A stretch of DNA of 63,188 nt, counting the filler, from Stramenopiles sp. TOSAG23-2 (Eukaryota), in the NCBI GenBank assembly GCA_900128395.1. It is 14 parts of 14 records of this genome, joined end to end, with 100 filler letters (N's around TTAATTAATTAA, not from the genome) between each part and the next. Parts side by side here need not be neighbours in the genome. Positions count along the whole stretch, not along the records: positions 45,541 to 50,487 come from LT650771.1; positions 50,588 to 55,530 come from LT650772.1; positions 55,631 to 60,573 come from LT650773.1; 11 more parts are not named here. One strand, 5' to 3'. Below the pieces are notes generated by a model. The model saw only the letters and a list, made by a program, of their open reading frames with translations, was not told where the DNA came from and made no database searches. A program made the position numbers and the translations under genes. This document shows, piece by piece, positions 45,626 through 56,279 of this stretch (position 1 is its first letter; each line of letters opens with the position of its first letter).

Positions 45626-48600
45626 TTACCAATGCAACAATGCATTCTCTTTCTCTATTTTTTTCATTTCCTTTCGTACACGTTTTGCAGATTTTAATTT
45701 AATTTCATTCCTTAATGTTTTAATATTATAATCTTTCGTTTCCTCTAACCATTCTTCTTTATTCAATGTGGATCTTATTTTTTTCTTGGTTTGGTGTATT
45801 ACTTTTTGGTGTATCTTTTTATGTTCTTGGTTTTTAATGATAACAACATCATCAATTGTAAGTTTTTCTAAAACTAATACTTCCTTATGATCAGGATCAA
45901 TTATTCTGAGAAATTCATCAATATTGATGCTATCATCTCCATCGCTATCAAAACGTTCATATAGTAAATCAAAATCGGTTTTCCTCCATTTTATCCCTAA
46001 TTCTCGCAGCCCATCCCATAATTCTGATTTAGAAATAGAACCACTTTCATCCTTATCAATTTTCCTGAATAAAATTGATGCAGTGATTTTCCTCTTCTTT
46101 AACAATCCATTAATGTTACGTATTAATGTAAAGACAGCTGCATGGCGAGCTTTTACATTAATTTGATCAACCACAGTACTAGTTACTCGTATGTTCTGAC
46201 CTAACGGAGCCTTCAACTTCATATAATTTAAATCTGGTGCTAGTCTAAGCAATGATATATAATCAACAATACTTGTACCGACTGATCCTATTTGTGATAC
46301 TGTATTTCTTTGATGGTGATTATTATTTGTTTTATTCGCTTGTCGTTGGGTAATGTTAGGCGAGTTTTTGATCATTTCTTGTCTTGCGGACATATGTAAA
46401 TCCTTAACAGATATAATGCCTATATGTTTCTTTTTTAAGATGCTTTTCTGTTGAACACTATCACTATTATGTTGATCTATAATTTTCAACTTTTCAACTT
46501 GGTTTAAAACATTGTCTGCATCTATTGCTGGTTTTATTTCAGTGACTGGATTTTTCACAGTTGCATTTTCTTCACCAATATTTTCCGATTCAAATTCATT
46601 CATCATCATCAAAAATAACTCTTCCTCGTTAGCACTTGCTTTAACTTTTTTCTCTGCGATTTTATTCAAAGCGAAAATAGATTTTTCCAAGCCTTCCACA
46701 ACTTCTTCCGCTAAATATTGTCCATGTTGACTAAAATCGGAATCCGTTTCGATAGATTTCAATAAAACATCAACTTCTTTCGTATTTACTTCAAATGACA
46801 ACATCATGGATTGTATACGCATGGTCATTTCTGCAACAATTTGCCTTAACTTAGTATATTTTACCGAAGCCTTTTCACTTCTATTTTCTTCCTTCCGTAT
46901 TTTATTTGCGACTTCTTCAATACGAACTTCATAATTTATTCCAGCTGGCATAACATTATCATCATTCTTTGCCTGGTCGCTTTCTTGGACAACATCTGTA
47001 TTTTTCTTCTGCTTCTTTGATTTTTTTGTCCTTTTCCGCCTAATTGGGTGTTTATCCTCAATATCACTTTCAGTCCCAAATCGCATCGAATCGTAATACT
47101 CTTTCCACATTAATTTCTTTTTTTCTAACGATGATATTTTTTCTTTTAAATCAGATTTCTCTCTTTCTAACCGTTTAGATTCATTTTGCTGGTTTAACAC
47201 TTTAGACATCATAGACTCCAATTCATACGTCCCCGTGACATTAAACAATTTATTTATAACTCCTTGATGGTAATCCCATTTCTTATTTAGTAACAATCTA
47301 GCCTTTGTTGCATCGAAATTACGTAATTTTGTTTGGAGTTTCTCAGTATCGAAATAAACACCATTTGCTATGTCTTCCCGTCGTTGTTCGCTGATTTTGT
47401 TCATTTTACGAACAACTAATGCATCTTGTAGTTCCTCAAGGCGTTCTTTCAATCGATCATTTTGTGCATCTATCATTGAATATACTTTTTTTTGACAATT
47501 CGATAATTGTTTTTTGATTTTATACAATTCTTGCTCTGCCTTTTGAAGTTGTTGCAATACATCTGCATTATTGTAATGCTTTATAACTTCTCTAGTGTTT
47601 CGCATGGATTTTTCCTTTATTTTGTTTGCTGCATGTGTTCGTGTAATCATATGCTTTCTGATTTTTTCATTTCTTCTTTCCCATTCTAACAGATCAGTAT
47701 ATTGTTCATATTCGCCTTTTAAATATTGCAGTCTTTTTCTTTTATTATTTAGTGAAACATGTTCTTTTTCAGCCGATTGTAAAATATGGAGTTGGATTTT
47801 TAATTCCTTTAACAACATTTCCTTTTGCTGTCTTTGTAGTATAAAATTATTTAACATTTGTTGCAACAAGGCTGAATCATCCGACGTAAGATTGATGGCA
47901 TCGGACAATATTGGACTTGTGGGGCGTATAAAATTTTTTTTGACGGTAATAGGACTTATTGTTTGGCGCGATGCCGCTGGCTTGGTAATAAAGGGTTGAT
48001 TATTTTTTGGTATTTTTTTATCCATTTGTTTTCGTCTATCTTCTGTCTCTTGTGCAAACGTTTTTAGCATTGCTTCAAAGTTGATATCGAAATCATTACC
48101 ATCGTCTTCATTTTGTCCAATCTGTTGCAATATGCTTATTGTTTCATCTTGCAAGGTATCAAGTTGATTTACTACATTTATTAATTGACCACAATCAAAT
48201 AGAATAGCGTCTAATGCAATGTCTCCAGCAGCACCAAAAATAACACTTTTCAGAAGCTTTAAAAAAGGCATGGAACAATAAACTTCATGTTTACTTAATG
48301 AACTTTGTAAATCACTTAAACTTACCAGACCTTCAGAATCGGCTTTACAAAATTCGTATACATCAATATCATAAAATTTATCAATGCCTATTTTATTCAA
48401 AAACGTTTCTACAACGGGAAACGCTACACATATTTCGTTATCATTAAGCAAACGTCTTTGTTGAACTGATGATGGATTATGAATTCGATTTTTCCTATTG
48501 TTTGAGATACCACGGCCTCTCCGTTTACTTCCCTTTGGCCGTTTTGGTAAAGAAGACTTTGTTGTAGACGATTGCGATGATGAATATGGACTATTTACAG

Positions 48601-48733
48601 CTGATGTTTTAGGTAGTGATGGATTGGGTCGAGATAAGAAATTTCTTGTTATTACATTGTTATTATTATTATTACGGCTTTTCTTTGCTATTTTTCTCCT
48701 TGTTAATTTGCGTTTTATGTTATTGTTATTCAT
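45626..48733 (-). CDS. Coiled-coil protein with a C-terminal EF-hand pair (possibly related to the ODA docking complex)
   Basis: EF loops DKDESGSISKSE and DSDGDDSINIDE. The coiled coil includes INKLFNVTGTYELESMMSKVLNQ, reminiscent of CCDC151/ODAD proteins. Confidence 0.75.
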   Translation of the reverse strand: MNNNNIKRKLTRRKIAKKSRNNNNNNVITRNFLSRPNPSLPKTSAVNSPYSSSQSSTTKSSLPKRPKGSKRRGRGISNNRKNRIHNPSSVQQRRLLNDNEICVAFPVVETFLNKIGIDKFYDIDVYEFCKADSEGLVSLSDLQSSLSKHEVYCSMPFLKLLKSVIFGAAGDIALDAILFDCGQLINVVNQLDTLQDETISILQQIGQNEDDGNDFDINFEAMLKTFAQETEDRRKQMDKKIPKNNQPFITKPAASRQTISPITVKKNFIRPTSPILSDAINLTSDDSALLQQMLNNFILQRQQKEMLLKELKIQLHILQSAEKEHVSLNNKRKRLQYLKGEYEQYTDLLEWERRNEKIRKHMITRTHAANKIKEKSMRNTREVIKHYNNADVLQQLQKAEQELYKIKKQLSNCQKKVYSMIDAQNDRLKERLEELQDALVVRKMNKISEQRREDIANGVYFDTEKLQTKLRNFDATKARLLLNKKWDYHQGVINKLFNVTGTYELESMMSKVLNQQNESKRLEREKSDLKEKISSLEKKKLMWKEYYDSMRFGTESDIEDKHPIRRKRTKKSKKQKKNTDVVQESDQAKNDDNVMPAGINYEVRIEEVANKIRKEENRSEKASVKYTKLRQIVAEMTMRIQSMMLSFEVNTKEVDVLLKSIETDSDFSQHGQYLAEEVVEGLEKSIFALNKIAEKKVKASANEEELFLMMMNEFESENIGEENATVKNPVTEIKPAIDADNVLNQVEKLKIIDQHNSDSVQQKSILKKKHIGIISVKDLHMSARQEMIKNSPNITQRQANKTNNNHHQRNTVSQIGSVGTSIVDYISLLRLAPDLNYMKLKAPLGQNIRVTSTVVDQINVKARHAAVFTLIRNINGLLKKRKITASILFRKIDKDESGSISKSELWDGLRELGIKWRKTDFDLLYERFDSDGDDSINIDEFLRIIDPDHKEVLVLEKLTIDDVVIIKNQEHKKIHQKVIHQTKKKIRSTLNKEEWLEETKDYNIKTLRNEIKLKSAKRVRKEMKKIEKENALLHW

Positions 48734-49395
48734 TATTGTATTCGATCAAAGTAGATGATAATTAATTGCATTGGCTGCTGTCCAGCTGTGTTTGGAACTA
48801 TAACGGAGTAGTAGCTTTTCATTACATTTAACTTGTTACGCTTTTCTTTAATGTTATGGAAAACATTAAATTGTTCAAAGAATGTATGATGTTTTTGTCG
48901 TTGCTTTTTATTGATAGTATATATTGTAATATTAATAGTATAATAATATAATACATACTATACTACTGTACAAAACTACAAACAAGAACGTATTGATGTG
49001 CTATTAAATTAAAGCTGGACGGAGGCTGGGGAGTGTGAAAAGTGTATTTGTATTTATACAATATTAATAGTATATCCATAGTATTATTTTATCAATAGTA
49101 GTTTTAACTGCTGCTATTTTAATATAATACACTGTTATCTAATATATTTACCTGGTGTGTGATGCCTGTGGATATTACGCGTAGTTCCATCAGCAGAGCA
49201 CCAGAGGTTTCCTTCTTTTCCTCCTGGTAGTGGGGAAAAAAACAACAAACAAACAACATGATAATAACAACACAAGCAATAATACCACATCATAGCAAAA
49301 ATATATATACAATAATTATTCGAATACATACATCTTGTTAAAGTACTACATATCTGTATGTGTACAAAAGTAAATATATAACAAGATTAAAAATC

Positions 49396-50004
49396 ATGGT
49401 GTACTGCAATTTTAAACATATCATGGTAATAACGTTGGCATTTCTGTATGCACAGCCAACTTCTAGCCGCCTTAATCAACAACGACTAGGACCTGGGCCT
49501 GAATGTACAGCTGTAAAAGAAGCAGATAGGACTTGCTACAATGGAAATAAAGTATATATAGCAGCTTTCACAGCAAATAAACTGGCACATGATGGAACGA
49601 TGGGCCACACATATGCTGTTGCGTGGGGAGATCATGAATGGTGTCAAGAATTAGTTGCGAGATTGCCGGAAGCTGAAAATGAAGAGAAATTTAGAACTGC
49701 TTGTGTAGGTATATTTGGTAATGATTGTTGTACACAGTGCCGAACTATTGGCAGACTTTTTGATAGAATAGATATGACTGTATTTCCACCATCCAATGAT
49801 AAGGGTGGCTTAGGCTTTCATTTAGATAATGAAAAATGCCTTGCGTGTATTGAGCGGGAGGAATGCGAAAATCCCCCTCGAATGTCATGGAAGGAACCAA
49901 TGAATGTAGATCGAAAGGAGAAAGCTATGTTAGAACATACTATGAATGATGTATCATTAAGCACTCATAATGGTGGCGATGAGCGTTGGAAAATCAATAC
50001 GTAG
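49396..50004 (+). CDS. Small Cys-rich, probably secreted protein
   Basis: ATG at 49396, hydrophobic IMVITLAFLYA, about 11 Cys in the mature part. Confidence 0.65.
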   Translation: MVYCNFKHIMVITLAFLYAQPTSSRLNQQRLGPGPECTAVKEADRTCYNGNKVYIAAFTANKLAHDGTMGHTYAVAWGDHEWCQELVARLPEAENEEKFRTACVGIFGNDCCTQCRTIGRLFDRIDMTVFPPSNDKGGLGFHLDNEKCLACIEREECENPPRMSWKEPMNVDRKEKAMLEHTMNDVSLSTHNGGDERWKINT

Positions 50005-50695
50005 TGTTCAAATCTGGAGAAAGAAAAGAAGCAAGATAACAATAATACGAATTCGCAGTTACCAACAATATGATACGTGTTTTGTGTGTTTGTCTTTTTT
50101 AGAAATAATTTCGTCTCTCGTCTCTGCACATTAAAAAAAGTGTAAAATTTGTATTTAATTCCAGTATAAAAACACGTTTTATGTATCATACGCATATATA
50201 TGTATTAATATTATGGTTCGATTATAATATTTTATTTTATGATACATATGATATGCATAGCATGCATCATATAGCAGTTACACGTGTGTACCAAGTTATC
50301 CTCTTATTGTAAATTTACACGCACAACGAACATACTCTCTCTATATAATATATATTATATATACATGTAATACTTTGTACACATTTCATTTTTTATCAGC
50401 AGTGTACGAGGTCGTAATATACACTCTCCCTGATACGGTATAACTTTCTCTAACTTCTCATGCGCTTTTTAACAACACCTTTGTAACNNNNNNNNNNNNN
50501 NNNNNNNNNNNNNNNNNNNNNNNNNNNNNNNTTAATTAATTAANNNNNNNNNNNNNNNNNNNNNNNNNNNNNNNNNNNNNNNNNNNNTGAACGCCTTTTT
50601 ATATATATACACACACACACACACACATAATACAATATAAAGTAGAAAAAAGTCTTCGGTAAAGCATGGTTTCTTTTTTTTCCTACACATTTGTG

Positions 50696-51058
50696 TTAAA
50701 TTTTTTTATTATTATTATTCCATCTTTGCAAAAATTTTTGTGTGTCAATCAACTCTAATTTGCTTTTTAATCTATTATATTCTTTAATACTATTTACATC
50801 AGTTCTTGTCCACCAAGCACTACTATTTGAACTACCTGTTCGAATATCTTCAATAACATATCGACCTACGTTACCATTATTGTTATTATTATTATGCATC
50901 TGCTTTGGACGAATGGCAATATATGTTGTCTGGTTGCCTCTTTTAATGATTTTCAATTTTACACATAGAATATTAGGTTTTTTGAATGTAACAGTTTTTT
51001 TATTACTCTTCGCATTATTATTGTTATTATTTCTCTTACGTTTTTTCGTTTTCACCAT
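50696..51058 (-). CDS. Hypothetical basic protein
   Basis: 120-aa ATG ORF with poly-Asn tracts typical of this genome's genes and an NLS-like KKRKR. Confidence 0.55.
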   Translation of the reverse strand: MVKTKKRKRNNNNNNAKSNKKTVTFKKPNILCVKLKIIKRGNQTTYIAIRPKQMHNNNNNNGNVGRYVIEDIRTGSSNSSAWWTRTDVNSIKEYNRLKSKLELIDTQKFLQRWNNNNKKI

Positions 51059-51932
51059 GGTTATGCTACAGATAAAAGTTTTTTCTCTAGAGGGGGTGTT
51101 TTGAAAGAGGTGAATTTATTAATCACGTATTAATATATAGTTTACCTCCAGGCATCAAGGCTATCTGGCTATGTCGGAAGAAAACGTCTTACATTTGGAC
51201 GACGACCACAGAAGCCAAAAGGCGGCTGGAAGGCCACACAGGAACCAAGGACAAGGTTGGCCCAGCCTCGGCCAGCCAGGCCAGCCCTCCAGCTAGCCCA
51301 GCTAGCAACAAGAACAATTTAAAAATTGGGAAGGACTTGTGACTTGTGTTGTCGTGCTATTACTGTAGTTATAGTGTGCTACGTGTATAATAGTATACGA
51401 GGTATTTATCATATTGATGCCCCCTGTTATCCTTTTTTTTTTTGTATAATTGTTGTAATGTTGTTTACAGTAAGACTTGTGGCATATCTAATCATATTTA
51501 TCACCTATCATAATACCAGGTAGTCTAATTAGTATCTACAATAATATCATCCACACAAATCACAAATATACTTGCCAGCCCGGCCAGCCGGGCCAGCTTG
51601 ATAGCTTGGTACCGTATATTTTAGAATTAATAATAATATACTATATACAGGTGGTATATACAATAATATTATATTCGAATGTATTATCTATAATATACAA
51701 TATGGAATATATATTCAACATATTTTAACATAAAATATATTTATTTATAGTCGTCGTTATATATTATTTACTCCTCATACTGTAGCATATAAACTGTCCA
51801 TACTTACATAAAAAAATCACAAATATAATACATAAATTATTATTATATAATAATTATATATATACACTGTACTAGTCATACATACAATATCTTGTATTAT
51901 TATTGACTTTTTTTTTTTTCTCCCAGTACAAG

Positions 51933-53669
51933 ATGGCAAATTTAGTGAGAGATACTAACAATAATAATAACAATAATAATAACAATAATAATAACAATAA
52001 TAATAACAATAATAATGTGCGACAACATATTGTAAATAATTTAAATGACTTTCAAAATCCAGAAATTAAAAGTACTGGTAGATATCCGCTTGTTGCTGGT
52101 ATTTATTGTAATAGCATAAACCGTTTGAATCCTGGGCAGCCACTAGCACAGAACAATATAATATTGAATGTCTGTAATTTAAGAGGCAACGTCAGGCAAA
52201 TTCACCGCAACGCGTCTATAACAGTTGGAAACTTACGAAATGAACTGGAAGGGCATCCACGTTTAGTCATTGGTAAGCAGGAACATGCGGATGAGACTGT
52301 AATAGCAACTGTTGTCGATCGAGTTACTGCAAGAATCTTAGTCGATGGTCGTCCACGTAGGAATGATATAGAAATGATACCGAATTATTTAGATCAACAT
52401 GAGATAATATCTGTACCATTGTCTGATGTCTCTTCCACAATTAATCATACCTTACGACAATATAAAGGATTGTTAACTAATGATGGCCGTAATAATAATT
52501 TTATGTATATTCATTTTAAAGTATTGAAAAGAGCAATATATGGAAAGGTACATCTTTTTGCTCGAGTTGATCGTGGGCAAGATGGAAGATACCATGTGTT
52601 AAATGGTAGAGGTAGCAAAGTGGCAGTCAAGCAAATCTTTAAACGACAGCTACGACAAATGATTAATGCTGGTAGGGAAATGTCTGAAGACCCATTAAAG
52701 GAAGTTGCAATTATGTTAAGTTTAAGAAGCGGGGAAATCCAGCACCGTAATGTAATGAATGTATTGGAAGTTGGCGAAGATGCAAATAGTATATACATAG
52801 TTTTGCCATTTGCAAATGGCGGAGAGTTGTTTGATACCATTGATCAAGGCGGTGCGCAAGATGAAGATGTTACTGCATTTTACATTAGAAAAATGGCATC
52901 CGGATTAAGTCATATACATCAAAGTGGGGTGTCAATGAATGACATGTCATTGGAAAATACGTTGTTACATACTTTTGATGGGGAGGAAGATGCTGAACCG
53001 ATACTAATGGATTTTGGCATGTCAAATTTTCTTAGAACAGACGATCGTGGTAGGAGAATGAAAAATATAGTTAATAATGCTGGTAAAAAAACATACTTAT
53101 CCCCAGAAGTGTTTGCAAGAGGTAATTACGATGGTGTTTATGCCGATCTTTGGTCATTAGGTATCATTGCGATCATGTTAGCGACTGGATGTCCACCTGT
53201 CGATCAACCAAATATGGCATGTGGCCGCTTTAGGTATATAAGAGATGGTCGAGTATCGGAGTTGTTGAATATATGGCACGAGCAACATAATATACCACGC
53301 CTAACGCCATATTTCCATGATTTTGTGAAACGTCTTTTAATTGCAGATAGACCATGGCAACGACTACCATTAGCAATTGTACTTGAGCATCCATTTGTTA
53401 CTGGCCAAGTAAACCTAGCAGAAAATACCTGGGAAATGTATAAATTTACAATTAACGTGTTCCAAAAGCTTTTACATTTTTCATATTGCATTAACAATGA
53501 CATCGATCTAACAGAGCAAGAACAGCAACACATGGTAAATATTGTCAATCAATTTCGAGTATCAGTCAGAAACTATTCAAATTCAAATGGCGATATAGAT
53601 AATTTAATTCATTGGTGTAATGAAAATTTGACATGTTTTTTCCACGATGATATGCAATTAGTTGTTTAA
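51933..53669 (+). CDS. Ser/Thr protein kinase (CAMK-like) with an atypical catalytic loop
   Basis: AIYGKV, VAVK, MNDMSLEN, DFG, YLSPE and DLWSLG. A polypyrimidine tract plus CAG just before the ATG suggests an upstream intron. Confidence 0.92.
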   Translation: MANLVRDTNNNNNNNNNNNNNNNNNNNNVRQHIVNNLNDFQNPEIKSTGRYPLVAGIYCNSINRLNPGQPLAQNNIILNVCNLRGNVRQIHRNASITVGNLRNELEGHPRLVIGKQEHADETVIATVVDRVTARILVDGRPRRNDIEMIPNYLDQHEIISVPLSDVSSTINHTLRQYKGLLTNDGRNNNFMYIHFKVLKRAIYGKVHLFARVDRGQDGRYHVLNGRGSKVAVKQIFKRQLRQMINAGREMSEDPLKEVAIMLSLRSGEIQHRNVMNVLEVGEDANSIYIVLPFANGGELFDTIDQGGAQDEDVTAFYIRKMASGLSHIHQSGVSMNDMSLENTLLHTFDGEEDAEPILMDFGMSNFLRTDDRGRRMKNIVNNAGKKTYLSPEVFARGNYDGVYADLWSLGIIAIMLATGCPPVDQPNMACGRFRYIRDGRVSELLNIWHEQHNIPRLTPYFHDFVKRLLIADRPWQRLPLAIVLEHPFVTGQVNLAENTWEMYKFTINVFQKLLHFSYCINNDIDLTEQEQQHMVNIVNQFRVSVRNYSNSNGDIDNLIHWCNENLTCFFHDDMQLVV

Positions 53670-54290
53670 AGAAAGATTGTATAAAATTATAATATCATAT
53701 TCGTACGAAGTATCATACGAATAATACTCGTATACGAACCGGACTTCTCGTATATATATATATATATATTACGAAAATCATGTGTCTCGTGTATTATCAT
53801 ATAGGAATTATAATTTAATTTACGCACATAATTTATTTTTTATAATTTATATGTGATGCATATCATACTCAAATGATTAATTCCTACGTACGAAGTATGA
53901 TACTCTTCAAAATAATATGATACAACATACGAACTTCGTATCATAACTGTGAGAGGCAGTACGTAATCTACGTACGTATCTCAGACTAGGGTGTTGGTAT
54001 TCTCATAAAAGAGAATACCAATGAAGGTAAATAGATGGGTATCAACTTGCAGTTGATGAGAAATGGACATCATATGCATAGGAGCGCGACCCCTTTTATC
54101 TTTTATTATTTTACGAAGCGTATATTTATACGCTTCGTATCATATTAAATTATTCATCTGTGGGTTGATTTTTTAATTTACCCCACTCTCACATCCTACA
54201 TCCTATTCTCAGTAAAGCAGGAGTATTTAAATATTTTTTTACACATTTTCATAAATACGTACGCAAAAACAGCAAAATGGGAAATGAATT

Positions 54291-54779
54291 TTACTTCTTT
54301 CTACTGCGTATAGAATTTTCTGTATTGTCCTCTTCCATTTTCAATTTCATAGCTAATTTTATACTATCTTCGTCCTTATCAAGATGTTTCCGAGTTGCCA
54401 ATTCAAAGGCTCGCTCTGCTTCGTATACACTAAGAGCATAGTCAGCATCCCTTCTTGCTGGTGAGGAAGTTGTGCTTTGTTTCACTATGTCTATTTTCAT
54501 CTTTTCTACTAGCCCACGTGCAACTAATTCATCACTACTTTCTTGCAATTTTTTTAAGATCTCAAGCTTCCAAAACTTGTCTTCCTCAAGCAGTGCGGCT
54601 TCATTGACAGTAGAGTCATTGGAAAATGTGGCTGTTCCAGATAACCGCTCCAAGCGCTGTTCGATTCGTTTATCAATTTCTTTTAAGTTGTCTTCCAAAG
54701 CATTGCGATATTTTTTCAAATCGTTGGTATCCTCCTCTTCGATATTTAAAACATTTCCACTAATATTATTCAAAGCCAT
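54291..54779 (-). CDS. Hypothetical helical protein
   Basis: ATG at 54779; E/K/L-rich composition consistent with coding sequence. Confidence 0.6.
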   Translation of the reverse strand: MALNNISGNVLNIEEEDTNDLKKYRNALEDNLKEIDKRIEQRLERLSGTATFSNDSTVNEAALLEEDKFWKLEILKKLQESSDELVARGLVEKMKIDIVKQSTTSSPARRDADYALSVYEAERAFELATRKHLDKDEDSIKLAMKLKMEEDNTENSIRSRKK

Positions 54780-55420
54780 TGGTATTACCAATCAATTAAT
54801 TATCTAACCATATCCTGTATCTCCGGCTATTATCTACACATACTTTATGAATTTATAGATTATCTACTAGATAATCTATAAATTATTAATTTTAGTAATA
54901 TTTTTTATTTATTTTTTATTATATTTTACCTGTTATTATTTACCGTGTGTGCTGGTGTGTATAATTATTATATTATTAATACTGTACCACCAGGTTAAGG
55001 TACTGCTGTAGCACGACGGTGCATTGATTATTAATGAAATTTTAATAGTACCTAGGTATAATTCTAATAATATAAATATGGGTTTTGCCAGACGAATCTG
55101 CGGGTAGTATACTACCAAGTATAAAGTATGGTGGGTGCAAACCAGCAAATTTGTAACGTTCAGATGATGGCAAGGCGGCTTCTTAATAATTTTGTTTTGT
55201 TGTTTATTATTGCAACTATTATTGTTGATTGAATAAATATGATGTGTTATTAATTATTAATTATTGCAATAGAAAGACTGGCAGACAGACAGAGACGATA
55301 ATATTCATTATAATTATTATTATAACATACATATATATATATATATATGCACATACTTTATTATTACTATTGTTATTATTATTGTTAGTTAGAATATTGT
55401 TAGTCATTTAAGTATAGAAC

Positions 55421-55530
55421 ATGGATAATGATGATAGCACATTGGATTTAGTTGAAAGAGAGATTCAACGTGCAGAGGAACTATTAGCAAGAGATTTGAC
55501 AGTTATAAAAGATGTAGACACTAACTTGAT
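55421..55530 (+). CDS. 5' fragment of a hypothetical protein
   Basis: MDNDDSTLDLVEREIQRAEELLARDLTVIKDVDTNL runs into the linker. Confidence 0.45.
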
Positions 55531-56279
55531 NNNNNNNNNNNNNNNNNNNNNNNNNNNNNNNNNNNNNNNNNNNNTTAATTAATTAANNNNNNNNNNNNNN
55601 NNNNNNNNNNNNNNNNNNNNNNNNNNNNNNACTGTACACAAAAAGAGTTACATGTACTGTACAGTACTATTATTTACTAGGCGATAGTTCCAATAATAGT
55701 GCACAGTATTTACTAACCGAAAATAACTACCATCACTATATCATTGGGAAAAGACCAGTACAGCTATTATTATTGTCGTCTATCAGCCGCCTGATTGTTT
55801 ATAGTTTATAGAAGACTACCTTCTGGGATGTACAGGGAAATATCATTAAGAGTTAAGAGCTACCTTCTATCTTCTATCGTTGTTGATGATCAAATATAGT
55901 CGTTCTATACTTATTAGAATACATAAGTGCCACCAAAAACTAAATAAAAAAAATTTAAAAAACATAGAATATAAAAAAACAATCAAATAAAATGTAATAT
56001 TTTTAGAAGAATTAGATGAGAGATGGAAACAAACAAATACAAAAGAACAAAACATTCAAGTATTGACGTATATAGTGTAATAACAAAATAAGTTCGTAAC
56101 AGTATTACACAGAGTGTGATTTTGAAAAGAGATATTGTTAAAAAATAAATAGAAAACAAGTTATTGTAAGTCTAATTGTATATAATTTTTGTTGATTTGA
56201 GAAAGGGAAAAAAAAGGTCTTCCGGAAGAGATATTTAATAATTTTGTTACATATAGTATTATATATACATACATAAACC

